A stretch of DNA of 64,000 nt, from contig CAVTQK010000021.1 of the NCBI GenBank assembly GCA_963736855.1, positions 288,001 to 352,000 of the forward strand, given 5' to 3'. The stretch is from an uncultured delta proteobacterium (GTDB lineage Bacteria; Desulfobacterota; Desulfobacteria; Desulfobacterales; UBA2156). A program made the position numbers and the translations under genes. Shown here piece by piece: positions 11,083 through 21,852 of the stretch; positions within the stretch are counted from its first letter, which is position 1; every line of letters begins with the position of its first letter. Under the pieces are notes generated by a model that ran no database searches, had not been told where the DNA came from, and worked only from the letters and a program-made list of their open reading frames with translations.

Positions 11083-12645
11083 ATGACAAGCGTATTGTCT
11101 ATTGTCTATGATAATTTTTGGAAGGCCATAGTCGAGCGATTAATAAAAAAAGGCGTTAATATTAAATACGTAATATTACCATCAAAAATAAAAAAAGATT
11201 TCGAGATCGAGAAGCACACTTTTAAAAACACCATTTTTTTGTCATTGGATCAATTTGTTTTTCCCGAACAGATTAATAAATTAAATTCCAATAACAGGAT
11301 GTGTCTTTCGTCTGCTTTCTTAAAGAACTTCTGTGAATGCGAAAATTTATTTCTATCGATATCAGACAGACTGTCTTTTTTTCCATTGAGTGTTCAAAAA
11401 AGGAAAGAACTGTTTCAAGATTTGCTGTTATTTTGGTTTAAATTATTATCGGAATCAGATTTAAAAACCATAATATTCGATACAACACCTCATATGGCTT
11501 GGGATAATATTTTATATTATTTGGCGAAATATCTTGGAATAAAAACTCTATTTGTTGAAAAAACGATGATAAGCGATAGAGTAATGCTTCTGCAGGATTA
11601 TCTTCAACTTGGTATTAAGATCCCCAATGATTATCTAAGTAAAACAAGCGTGGATGATATAAAAGAAATTATAGGTAAAGAGTTGATCGAGGAGGCTTTT
11701 AAAACAAGCATATGGACTAAATTCGCTGATAATAAAAATATAAATGTGATGTCTATCCATAATGAAGATACTCGAACAAAAACTATTGATAAATTAATTA
11801 ACAAATATTACCAATTTAATTTTATCGTATTTTCCTTAAAGCTATTCGAGTATATTAAAAATAGGTTTTATGTTATGATAAATAATACTTTTATCATCTT
11901 TAAAAAGCGCTTCTTGAGTTCCTTATTTTTTAACGGTCAATACAGATGGATAACAACATGGATATTTTTTTTACAGTTTAAGCAAAATGTTAAAAAGCTA
12001 TATAAGTTCTATATCAAATCTTGTAGTGATGTGAATTATAGTCATCCTTATGTTTTTTTCCCGTTGCATTATCAGCCTGAAAAGAACACATCGCCCTTAG
12101 GCGGTATTTTCGAAAATCAATTTCTTGCCGCAAAAATACTATCTGAAGCCATTCCGGAAGATTGGATCCTTTATATCAAAGAACATCCTAGACAATTTTC
12201 ATATGCAATGAGACAGAAGCATTATCGAGATCCCTGTTATTATAAAAAATTGTTAAGTTTGCCTAAAGTGAAACTGGTAAATGTTCAAGAAGATGCGGAA
12301 GCATTGATAGATAATGCCATGTGCACAGCAACAATCACTGGAAGCAGCGGGTGGAAAAGCCTTAAAAAAGGAAAAGCGTGTATCGCTTTTGGAAATCCTT
12401 GGTATGCAGCATGCAACAGCTGCTTTTTAGTTAGATCTTTGGAAGAGTGTAAGAAAGCAATTACAAATATTGTGCAATTAAAGGAATTAGACATAAGAAA
12501 AGATCTTTTAAGGTTTATTGCCTATTACAAAGATAAATTCATAATTTCGAGTACGGGGCATAATTTTGCTAAAAAATCAAAAATTCCATATGAAACTTTA
12601 GTCGAAAATCTTGCGGAAAAGTTTACAGAGCAAATTTTTGATTAA
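11083..12645 (+). CDS. Capsule_synth (KpsS/LipB-like) protein, putative ulosonic-acid transferase
   Basis: YVFFPLHYQPE, YIKEHP and TITGSSGW..L..GK motifs. Confidence 0.7.
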   Translation: MTSVLSIVYDNFWKAIVERLIKKGVNIKYVILPSKIKKDFEIEKHTFKNTIFLSLDQFVFPEQINKLNSNNRMCLSSAFLKNFCECENLFLSISDRLSFFPLSVQKRKELFQDLLLFWFKLLSESDLKTIIFDTTPHMAWDNILYYLAKYLGIKTLFVEKTMISDRVMLLQDYLQLGIKIPNDYLSKTSVDDIKEIIGKELIEEAFKTSIWTKFADNKNINVMSIHNEDTRTKTIDKLINKYYQFNFIVFSLKLFEYIKNRFYVMINNTFIIFKKRFLSSLFFNGQYRWITTWIFFLQFKQNVKKLYKFYIKSCSDVNYSHPYVFFPLHYQPEKNTSPLGGIFENQFLAAKILSEAIPEDWILYIKEHPRQFSYAMRQKHYRDPCYYKKLLSLPKVKLVNVQEDAEALIDNAMCTATITGSSGWKSLKKGKACIAFGNPWYAACNSCFLVRSLEECKKAITNIVQLKELDIRKDLLRFIAYYKDKFIISSTGHNFAKKSKIPYETLVENLAEKFTEQIFD

Positions 12646-12677
12646 TCCAGACTCTTAATCAATAGTTATCATACTTA

Positions 12678-13460
12678 ATGAATGGATCAAAAACCATGTT
12701 TGAGATATTTGAGTTTATTCAGCTTGTAATGAAAAAGATGGGATTTTATTTTTGTAAATACAATAAGAATTATCTCTATATGCCTAAAATTCATTGCCCG
12801 AACTATGAAAAACTAATAGATATTACAGAGATCGATGAATTTTATAAACATGCGAGAATTGTTGTTGAAAACAAAAAAACCACTCTTGATTATAAACGAC
12901 TATATATCATTTACCAGGTCATTAAAATTGTCAAAGATATTGCTATAAACGGTAATAACAATTTTTGCGAAATGGGTGTTTTTAAAGGTGGAAGTACTTA
13001 TTTCATATCATCTGTTGCCAATCAAATTATTAAACCGCCTCCAAATATTTTTTGTTTCGATACATTTGAAGGGCACCCGGATGACATAACACCAATATTG
13101 GATGGGGAACATAGAAAAGGGCAATTTAATAAAACATCTTTTGGAGAAGTAAAGAATTATTTATCAATATTCACAAACGTTTCCGTATTGAAAGGTCGTT
13201 TTCAGAATAATTTTGAAGATATTAATAAAAAGCTATTTTCATTTGTCCATCTTGATGTTGACATCTATTCTGCCACCAAAGACGCTTTGCATTTATTCGA
13301 AAATAAAATAGTCAAGAATGGAATAATATTAACCGATGATTATGGGTTTACAACCTGTAAAGGAGTGAAGAAAGCTGTCGATGAATTTACGAATAACAAT
13401 AAAAATTATATCAAATTGGATGTGCTCACGGGTCAATGTATTTTAATGAAAATAAATTAA
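12678..13460 (+). CDS. TylF/MycF-family O-methyltransferase (copy 2)
   Basis: EMGVFKGGS, FDTFEGH, VHLDVDIY and DDYG..CKGVKKAVDEF motifs; paralogue of 451-1230. Confidence 0.85.
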   Translation: MNGSKTMFEIFEFIQLVMKKMGFYFCKYNKNYLYMPKIHCPNYEKLIDITEIDEFYKHARIVVENKKTTLDYKRLYIIYQVIKIVKDIAINGNNNFCEMGVFKGGSTYFISSVANQIIKPPPNIFCFDTFEGHPDDITPILDGEHRKGQFNKTSFGEVKNYLSIFTNVSVLKGRFQNNFEDINKKLFSFVHLDVDIYSATKDALHLFENKIVKNGIILTDDYGFTTCKGVKKAVDEFTNNNKNYIKLDVLTGQCILMKIN

Positions 13461-13490
13461 ATGTTTTTATAACAGCCACATATTTTAATA

Positions 13491-13746
13491 ATGAAGAAAG
13501 CGAGTATCACAAAGAAATCAATCATAGCTTTGATACCCGCCAGGTCGTAGGGATCACGGTCCATTCGGTGGTCTTGGAGATTGTCTTTTAAATATAATGT
13601 GCTCTAATCAGGTTTTAAAAAATAGGCGTCTTTTTAAGTTTGCCGTTGAGGGCTATCCGGCATGGGGGACTCCTTCCGAAGTGCTTCGGTTTAATAAATT
13701 GGATGCAAAATCGATCGCAAAGAAGATTGTTAAGTTAATAAATTAA
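13491..13746 (+). pseudogene. Fused relic: 5' stub of a neuA-like gene joined to the 3' end of a transketolase-like gene
   Basis: 13491-13550 reads MKKASITKKSIIALIPARS*. 13552-13746 reads DHGPFGGLGDCLLN...FKFAVEGYPAWGTPSEVLRFNKLDAKSIAKKIVKLIN*, matching the C-terminus of the 2255-4183 gene. Confidence 0.85.
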
Positions 13747-13747
13747 A

Positions 13748-15126
13748 ATGAAGCCCAACATCCTTTTTCTTCCAAGCAATAATTACAATTTTATAGAGAT
13801 GCACCGGTTGGCTAAATATTTAATACATAAATATTTGGCAACACCGTTTATGATATTAACCAATGCAGACGTAGCTTCTTTTAGACAAAAATTTGACAAT
13901 GATGGAATCGTATTTATTGACCAGAACAACCGTCTCTTAGAAAAACTCCAGAAGAGATTATTAAAAAGTTTTGATAACTATGATAATGTTGTTTTTAAAG
14001 AAAGAATACAGATAAAATATCTTTCTTTGTTTCTAAAAAACCGAAAAAGAAATTTGAAATATTTTTTAGGGAAAATAAACCCAAGATCGGTTATTCTGAA
14101 AGGAGACCATCATTGGGGTAATGGATGGGAGCCGGCCAGCGATTAAGGCATGTTATGAGGTAAAATTACCTCAACCCTCCTTCTTCCCATGGCCCTTTCA
14201 AGCCCAGAATCCCTCTTGGCAAGAAGGCGACCTTTTTCCAAATTGCATATCGAAAAGAAGTCTTACATAAGAAAACAATTCCCAAGCCAATGTCTGTGGG
14301 ATGAGGTTACTCAGAGTTATCTTCTTTATAAACCACGGGTAATGATTGAAGCATTAGGGATCACCGATATGCTTTCCGAAAATCCATGGGTTATGGGCGG
14401 TGGGAAAAGTACCTTCGTTTTAGTGGATGGAGAAGAAATTAGACAACGCTACATCGAATGGGGATGCAATGAAAATAAAATAATAATTACGGGCTGCGGA
14501 GTTCACGACGATTTATTTAATCGTTGGTTAAATAAGGAAAATGCTCGAAACTTAATTTGTGAAAAGTATCGGTTTGATAAAAATAATAAGCTGATCTTAG
14601 TGGCTTTACCGCAATTTGCTGAAGAAGCGATTTTAGACTTAGGTGAACATCTCAATGAAATCCATTTTTTATTGGAAAATTTGAATAATCTTGAGAAGCA
14701 AATTGTTTAATATCATTACACCCACGAATGGATAAAAAAAATTATGATTTTATTTCAAATTACTATTCACTAAGAGTTGCCGAAGAACCTCTAAGCGAAA
14801 TACTCCCATCCGCAGATGTGTTTTTATCATCTTATTCATCAACTATTCCATGGGCGGTTTTATGCCGAATCCCATCAGTCATTGTCGATTTTATACATAG
14901 CGACTATCAATATTTTAATTATTCAGGGGTTAATATCGTTCAAGAAAAGGCTAGCCTTAAAATGGAATTGAATAAATTGCTCTCAGATAATATTTACTAC
15001 AAAACATTACAAAAAAAACAAAAAGAGTCCCTATCAAGGATATCTCCTTTTGATGGAAAATGTCTCGAACGGATTTCGGACATTTCGGTTAATCCTGATA
15101 AATATTTGAACTTAAGAATGAACTAA
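13748..15126 (+). CDS. Uncharacterised GT-B-like protein (copy 2), frameshifted
   Basis: Shares LFLPSNNYNFIEMH, NPWVMGGGKSTFVLV, SLHPRM and FDGKC.ERI with 4196-5560. Confidence 0.65.
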
Positions 15127-15178
15127 GCATATTTTAATAGAGGAATTATAACTAAATTCAAAACATCTATTTTAAAAA

Positions 15179-16333
15179 ATGAAAGAAAATTATATGATAG
15201 AAATTTCAAGTCCGAACCTTTGCGGAAACGAGAAGAAATATCTGAATGAATGCGTGGAAAGCAATTTTGTCTCTTCAGTGGGGCCGTTTGTTGATAAATT
15301 TGAAAAAATAGTCGCAAAAGAGACCGGAGCCAAGTATTGTGTGGCAACATCTTCCGGAACTACAGGACTGCATGCAGCACTGACGGCTATAGGGGTTAAA
15401 CCCGGTGATTTAGTTATTGTTCCATCGTTTACATTTATCGCCAGCGCGAATTCAATTGCACATTGTGGTGCAATTCCGCTTTTGTTCGATATCGATAATG
15501 AGAATTGGACAATAAACCCAGACCTGCTCAAAAATTATTTGGAAAAACAAACTGCAATAAGAAGTGGTATGGTTTTTGACAAAAAAACCGGAAAAATCGT
15601 TCGCGCTATTATGCCGGTTTATACTTTAGGGAATCCGGCTGATATGGATGCGATAATGAGCATCGCTAAAAAATACGAATTAACCGTCATTGCCGATGCT
15701 GCCCCTGCCATCGGGGCTCGTTACAAAGGTAAAAGCATAGGTGAACTTGCGGATCTATCTGTTATCTCTTTTAACGGCAATAAAACCGTAACCGCGGGCG
15801 GTGGGGGCGCAGTGATCGGAAGCGATGAAGAACTGCTTCGCTTGGTGCGTCATCTGACTACGACGGCAAGAGTAGGAACTGATTACGATCATGACCGAGT
15901 TGGATTTAATTACAGGATGACCAACCTTCAAGCTGCGGTGGGTCTTGCACAGATGGAAAATTTAGAATCTTTTGTTAAGATAAAAAGAAGAATAAGGGAT
16001 GTTTACGATCATGCCTTTAAGGATTTACCTCAAGTCGGTCTTTTCCCTCGGCCATCATGGATTCAGAGTGCTTGTTGGTTCTCAGGCATTACGATTGACC
16101 AATCTTCTACCAATATTGATAAGATGATTCATTTTTTTAAAATGGATGGTGTTAATGCACGACGATTTTGGAAACCGGTACATTTTCAAAAACCATACTT
16201 TGATTCGCCAAAAATGGAGATGACGGTTACGGGTACAATATGGAATAAAATATTGATTTTTCCGTGTTCAACCCATTTATCTCCATTTAAACAGCAAATC
16301 GTTATTGATATAGTTAAAAAAGTAATTAAATAA
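15179..16333 (+). CDS. legC: LegC-family DegT/DnrJ aminotransferase
   Basis: FVSSVGPFV, SFNGNKTVTAGGGG (PLP lysine) and GFNYRMTNLQAAVG motifs. Confidence 0.85.
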   Translation: MKENYMIEISSPNLCGNEKKYLNECVESNFVSSVGPFVDKFEKIVAKETGAKYCVATSSGTTGLHAALTAIGVKPGDLVIVPSFTFIASANSIAHCGAIPLLFDIDNENWTINPDLLKNYLEKQTAIRSGMVFDKKTGKIVRAIMPVYTLGNPADMDAIMSIAKKYELTVIADAAPAIGARYKGKSIGELADLSVISFNGNKTVTAGGGGAVIGSDEELLRLVRHLTTTARVGTDYDHDRVGFNYRMTNLQAAVGLAQMENLESFVKIKRRIRDVYDHAFKDLPQVGLFPRPSWIQSACWFSGITIDQSSTNIDKMIHFFKMDGVNARRFWKPVHFQKPYFDSPKMEMTVTGTIWNKILIFPCSTHLSPFKQQIVIDIVKKVIK

Positions 16334-16366
16334 TTGAACAAATTAAGGTCGAACGGATGACTTAAA

Positions 16367-16951
16367 ATGAAAAATGATATTGTATTGATCGGAGGTGGGG
16401 GACACTGTAAATCTTGTATTGATGTTATTGAAGCTGATGAGAAATTTAGAATTGCAGGGATTGTTGATAAAAAAATTAATTTACATAACAAAGTTTTAGG
16501 TTATGAGATATTTGCAATAGATAATGACATAGCAAAACTATCTCAAACATATAAGTACTTTTTTATTACATTTGCTTTCATAAAGAATCCTCAACGACGC
16601 ATAGAAGTGTTTAACGAACTTAAAAGTCTTGATGTACAATTACCTGTTATTATATCCCCCTTAGCTCATGTTTCAAAATATTCCGAAATTGGAGAAGGTA
16701 CAATTATAATGCATCATGCATTAATAAATGCAGGATCACGAATAGGAATAAACTGCATTATTAACACAAAAGCCTTGATTGAACATGAAGTTTCAATAGG
16801 AGACAACTGCCATATTGCAACTGCTGCAGTAATAAATGGTGGCGTTGTTATTGAATCAGAAACTTTTATAGGAAGTAATTCAACATGCCGTGAAAATATA
16901 AGAATTGCAAAGAAAAGTATCATATCTTTTCACAGTAGGGTAGCTGAATAA
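16367..16951 (+). CDS. NeuD/PglD-family hexapeptide acetyltransferase
   Basis: IGGGGHCKSCIDVI, INTKALIEH and hexapeptide repeats. Confidence 0.88.
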   Translation: MKNDIVLIGGGGHCKSCIDVIEADEKFRIAGIVDKKINLHNKVLGYEIFAIDNDIAKLSQTYKYFFITFAFIKNPQRRIEVFNELKSLDVQLPVIISPLAHVSKYSEIGEGTIIMHHALINAGSRIGINCIINTKALIEHEVSIGDNCHIATAAVINGGVVIESETFIGSNSTCRENIRIAKKSIISFHSRVAE

Positions 16952-16972
16952 TTAAAGAAAAGTAAATTTCTA

Positions 16973-17980
16973 ATGAATATTGTATTTATAATTGCCGAAG
17001 CAGGTGTAAATCACAATGGAAAATAGAAATTGCCTTTGATTTAATAGATGCGCTTCTAGATCAGGGGCCGATGCAATAAAATTCCAAACCTTTAAAGCTG
17101 AAAAAATGGCCAGCAGATATGCTGAAAAAGCAAACTATCAAAAGAAAAATACTAAAGAAACAGAATCACAGCTAGGTATGTTAAAAAGATATGAATTAGA
17201 CGAAGAGAGCCATAAAGAATTAATTAAATATTGCAAGAAACTAAATATTCAATTTATTTCATCGCCTTTTGATCTGGATAGCATTGATCTGCTTAATAGA
17301 CTCAGTTTAAAAATATTAAAAATTCCTTCAGGTGAAATAACGAACCTACCTTATCTAAAAAAAATTGGTACTCTCAATAAAGAGCTTATTGTTTCAACAG
17401 GCATGGCGGATTTGGGAGAAATCGAAGATGCCATTGATATTACTAGTAAATAGCGGGACTCCTATAAGTAAAATTACGGTTATGCACTGCAATACCGAAT
17501 ATCCAACTGCCATATAGCGATGTGAACTTAAACGCAATGTTAACGATTAAGGCAGCTTTTTCCGGAATTAAGGTTGGCTATTCGGATCATACGCTTGGAA
17601 TTGAAATTGCTTTAGCGGCTGTTGCATTGGGTGCAAGTGTTATTGAAAAGCACTTCACAATGGACAGGAAAATGAAAGGTCCGGACCACAAAGCATCCTT
17701 AGAGCCGGATGAGCTTAAGGCAATGGTAAAAGCGATACGAAATATAGAAATGGCCATGGGCAGTGGCATTAAAAAACCTTCGGAATCCGAAAAAATAAAT
17801 ATTCCAATAGCGAGAAAAAGTATCGTGGCGGCTTGCAATATCAAAAGAGGGGATCAGTTTACGTTAGAAAATATTACGGTTAAAAGACCCGGAACCGGTA
17901 TAAGTCCGATGCAATACGAAAAACTTCTTGGTAAGAGAGCTTCTAAAGATTATTATCCGGACGAATTGATTTTGATATAA
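16973..17980 (+). CDS. neuB: N,N'-diacetyllegionaminate synthase (NeuB/LegI-like), frameshifted
   Basis: IIAEAGVNHNG, KIPSGEITNLPYL, HCNTEYP, GYSDHT, GPDHKASLEP and a C-terminal SAF domain (KRPGTGISPM). Confidence 0.88.
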
Positions 17981-17997
17981 AGAACTCCTAAATCCAA

Positions 17998-19172
17998 ATG
18001 AAGCGAAAAATATGCATTGTAACCGGAACGGAGCCGAATACGGTCTCTTGAGCCGGTTAATGAAAATTATTAAAAACAAAAAGAATTCTATATTGCAAAT
18101 TATTGCGACCGGAATGCATCTATCTCACGAATTTGGCCTTACTTATCGAGAGATCGAAAAAGATGGATTTTAATCGATAAAAAACTGGAAATCCTTCTTT
18201 CATCTGATACACCTGCCGGCATATCAAAATCAATCGGGTTGGCAACGATCGCTTTTGCAGATTCATTTAAATGAACTTAAACCTGATATCCTCGTTTTGC
18301 TAGGAGACCGTTTTGAGTTATTGGCAGCATCAACCGCAGCGTTGATCGCAGATACCGATAGCTCATTTCACATGGAGGTGAGCTTACTCAAGGTGCATTC
18401 GATGAGGCGATAAGGCATTGCGATTACAAAAATGAGCCATCTGCATTTTGCAGCACCGAAGAATATGGACAAAGAATAATACAAATGGGAGAACAACCTG
18501 AAAAAGTTTATAATGTTGGATCTCTTGGGGTTGAAAATATAAATAAACTTAGATTGCTGAAAAAAATAGTCTCGAGAAAAAAATTCGATTTTCTATAAAA
18601 AAGCCAACGATACTTTTGACATTTCATCCGGTTACTACTGAAAATGCCACCTCAGAGAAACAATTCAAAATGATCCTTGAAGCGTTAGATACAAACAAGG
18701 ATTATCCGCATTATTTTTACAAAGGCTAATGCAGATACGGGTGGAAGAATAATAAATCAAATGATTGATGATTTTGTTGCAAAAAACAAATTCAGAGCAA
18801 TATCCTTTCCTTCCATGGGAAGACTTTACTATCTTAGTGCAATGAAATATGTCGATGCCGTTCTTGGCAATTCTTCCAGCGGAATCATAGAAACACCAAG
18901 TTTTAAAATACCGACAGTCAATGTCGGAGACAGACAAAAAGGCAGAGTAAAAGCTGAAAGTATAATAGATTGTAAACCTACAGTTAAAAGCATAAGGAAT
19001 GCCCTGAAATTAGCCTTATCGCCAGGATTTAGAATGAAGATTCAAAAAATCAAAAATCCTTACGAGCAAAAGAACACCGCTTCAATAATAGTCGATATTC
19101 TTGAAAAGATGAAAGCTTAACGGTATCATAAAAAAAGAATTCAAAGACTTAAATATATTGCATCAATCTTAA
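17998..19172 (+). CDS. neuC: Hydrolysing UDP/GDP-HexNAc 2-epimerase (NeuC/LegG-like), heavily frameshifted
   Basis: KICIVTG, ATGMHLS, GDRFE, HGGE, TFHPVT and GNSSSGIIE can be recovered across frames. Confidence 0.85.
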
Positions 19173-19209
19173 GTTTAAAAAACTGATTGATAAAATTAGG
19201 AAGCACGTA

Positions 19210-20271
19210 ATGAGAAATTGGGAGGAAGCATTAATACCGAAAACTGCAAATGTGATGCAAGCAATAGAAATAATTGATAAATCTTCCATTCAGATCGGTT
19301 TGGTTGTTGGTTCCAAAAGAAAGCTTTTAGGTGTCATTACCGACGGAGATATTCGAAGAGCCATTCTAAAAGGAATATCGATGCTTGATAGCGTATCGAA
19401 CATCATGGTTACCAATTTTATTTACGCTTCGGATAAAGATGATATTGATGAACTGTTATCTTTAATGCAGCGAGAAGATATTCGACAAATCCCAATATTA
19501 AATGCAAATAGTCAAATCGTTGGTCTTAAGGTTTTGATGGATTTCGTTCGCCCCACTTTCCATAAGAATCCGGTTGTATTAATGGCCGGCGGTATGGGTA
19601 CTGGATTAAGACCTCTTACCAACGAACGGCCAAAGCCCCTTTTGAGTGTTGGAGGAAAACCGGTTCTCGAAACCATTTTAAGAAACTTTGTGGAACAGGG
19701 ATTCAATAATATTATCATTTCGTTGAATTACAAAGGAAAACTGATTGAAGAATATTTCGGGAATGGAGATAAATTTGGTGCTAAGATAGATTATATTCAT
19801 GAGAAGGAACCACTTGGGACTGCAGGTTCACTAAGATTAATCCATATTAAGGAGACCAAAGATCCATTGATTGTAATGAACGGCGATTTGCTCACAAAAG
19901 TTAATTTTATTCAGTTATTAAACTTTCATTCCGAATATCGATCCACGGCGACAATGTGCGTTCGTAACTACGAATTTCAAGTTCCTTTCGGAGTTGCGAG
20001 TATTCATGACAATCAATTATTGAGTTTAGACGAAAAACCAACCCAAAGACTCTTTATCAATGCGGGCATCTATGTGCTTGAATATGATATTTTAAACTTG
20101 ATTCCGAAAAATAAGCTATTCAATATGACCGATTTGTTCCAAGTTTTACTATCAAACAATTACAAAACAACCGCATTTCCGATCCATGAATATTGGATTG
20201 ACATCGGACAAATGCATGACCTCGAAAGAGCAAACGGAGAATTTACTGAGTATTTTAATGCTTGTTCCTAA
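19210..20271 (+). CDS. CBS-domain nucleotidyltransferase (PtmE-like)
   Basis: N-terminal CBS pair (ITDGDIRR), MAGGMGTGLRPLT...PKP, EPLGTAG, VMNGD and WIDIG motifs. Confidence 0.88.
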   Translation: MRNWEEALIPKTANVMQAIEIIDKSSIQIGLVVGSKRKLLGVITDGDIRRAILKGISMLDSVSNIMVTNFIYASDKDDIDELLSLMQREDIRQIPILNANSQIVGLKVLMDFVRPTFHKNPVVLMAGGMGTGLRPLTNERPKPLLSVGGKPVLETILRNFVEQGFNNIIISLNYKGKLIEEYFGNGDKFGAKIDYIHEKEPLGTAGSLRLIHIKETKDPLIVMNGDLLTKVNFIQLLNFHSEYRSTATMCVRNYEFQVPFGVASIHDNQLLSLDEKPTQRLFINAGIYVLEYDILNLIPKNKLFNMTDLFQVLLSNNYKTTAFPIHEYWIDIGQMHDLERANGEFTEYFNACS

Positions 20272-20304
20272 AGATTTGAAACATCCTAATTCAAACCAAG
20301 CCGC

Positions 20305-21168
20305 ATGTATTTCAGAATAATTCCGAAGCTCGATATCAAAGGCCCGAACCTTGTTAAGGGAATTAATTTCGAAGGGCTTCGTGTTTTAGGCAAACCTGAA
20401 AATTTTGCGAGAATTTACTATGAACAGGGAGCTGATGAGCTCTTCTACCAGGATGCTGTCGCCAGCTTATACGGCAGAAACAGTCTACTTAACATGATCG
20501 AAAAAACATCCAAGGAAATATTTATTCCTTTATGTGTCGGAGGCGGTTTAAGATCGATCGAGGATATACGAGAAGTTTTACGTTCAGGTGCAGATAAGGT
20601 TGCCATAAATACTGCCGCTATAAAAAGACCACAATTGATTCGTGAAGTAGCGGAGACTTTTGGTTCATCGACAGTGGTAGTTTCAATCGAAGCAATTAAG
20701 AGGTCAGACGAGTCCTATGAGGCTTATATCGATTATGGGCGCCAAAACACGGGATTGGATGCCTATGAATGGGCTCAGGAAGCTGCCTCACTCGGTGCAG
20801 GGGAGCTGGTGGTTACATCAATTAATCGAGAAGGAACCGGAGAAGGTTATGATTTGGAATTAACCAGGAAGATCGCTACGAGCGTTTCAATACCGGTTAT
20901 CGCATGTGGAGGTTGCGGTAAAAAAGCACATGTCGTTGATGTGATCAGAAAAGGGGAGGCGGATGCAGTCAGCATGGCGTCCATCTTGCATTATGATATC
21001 TTAAAAAATGAGAGCCCGAATATAGATTCACATGATTATGCCAAGGAGGGGAATATAGAATTTCTGCGCTCATCCCAATCCTTTTCCACCGTTGATGCTG
21101 CTTCGATTCGTGAGATAAAAAAATTCCTCTATTCAGAGAAAATTCCCTGCCGATATTTTGATAATTAA
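20305..21168 (+). CDS. HisF-like cyclase subunit of sugar amidotransferase complex (WbuZ-like)
   Basis: RIIPKLDIKG, VGGG and TSINREGTGEGYD motifs; glycan-locus context. Confidence 0.85.
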   Translation: MYFRIIPKLDIKGPNLVKGINFEGLRVLGKPENFARIYYEQGADELFYQDAVASLYGRNSLLNMIEKTSKEIFIPLCVGGGLRSIEDIREVLRSGADKVAINTAAIKRPQLIREVAETFGSSTVVVSIEAIKRSDESYEAYIDYGRQNTGLDAYEWAQEAASLGAGELVVTSINREGTGEGYDLELTRKIATSVSIPVIACGGCGKKAHVVDVIRKGEADAVSMASILHYDILKNESPNIDSHDYAKEGNIEFLRSSQSFSTVDAASIREIKKFLYSEKIPCRYFDN

Positions 21169-21176
21169 TCTCATTA

Positions 21177-21851
21177 ATGAAATCAAAAATTGCAATCGTT
21201 GATTACGGACTGGGTAATTTATTCAGCATAAAAAATGCCTGCGAATTCGTTGGCCTTCAGGTAGTTGTGACATCAGATAAAGCGGACATCAAATCCGCTG
21301 ATGCCGTCATTCTTCCGGGGGTGGGCGCTTTTGGGGATGCAATGCGCTCATTATCTCAGCTCGGTTTAGTAGGATTATTGAAGGATTTGGCAGAGTCGAA
21401 AAAACCGCTTATTGGAATTTGCTTAGGGCTTCAACTCCTTTTTTCAGAAAGTGAAGAATTCGGTTTTCATAAAGGATTAGATATTATCAAGGGGCGAGTT
21501 ACTCGTCTCGATGAATCACAAACTGAAAAAGCAAGGATAAAGGTTCCTCAGGTTGGATGGAATTCAATTCACTTTTCATATAATTTCGAAAATTACGATT
21601 GCCTATCTGATAATAGGAAATATCTTCTCAGGAATATCGATGAAGGAGAATTCATGTATTTTGTTCATAGCTTTTACGCCATTCCTAATGATTCTTCAAT
21701 TATATTGACCCATACGAGATATGGAGATTTGAATTTTTGTTCATCATTGAAATTTAAAAATATTTATGCCTTTCAATTCCATCCTGAAAGAAGCGGCCCT
21801 AATGGTTTGAAAATATATAAAAATATGGCATTAATAATAAAAAGAGATTAA
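21177..21851 (+). CDS. HisH-like glutamine amidotransferase (WbuY-like)
   Basis: LPGVGAF, GICLGLQ and QFHPE motifs. Confidence 0.88.
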   Translation: MKSKIAIVDYGLGNLFSIKNACEFVGLQVVVTSDKADIKSADAVILPGVGAFGDAMRSLSQLGLVGLLKDLAESKKPLIGICLGLQLLFSESEEFGFHKGLDIIKGRVTRLDESQTEKARIKVPQVGWNSIHFSYNFENYDCLSDNRKYLLRNIDEGEFMYFVHSFYAIPNDSSIILTHTRYGDLNFCSSLKFKNIYAFQFHPERSGPNGLKIYKNMALIIKRD

Positions 21852-21852
21852 C

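Noticed and set aside
1475..19172. Phase variation or programmed frameshifting through homopolymer tracts
   Set aside because: Indels are numerous, occur in short runs and often several per gene. There are no long poly-G/C tracts typical of contingency loci.
20305..21851. Histidine biosynthesis hisF/hisH
   Set aside because: They are adjacent to a WbuX-type amidotransferase in a sugar locus with no other his genes, so they are better explained as the ammonia-supplying paralogues.
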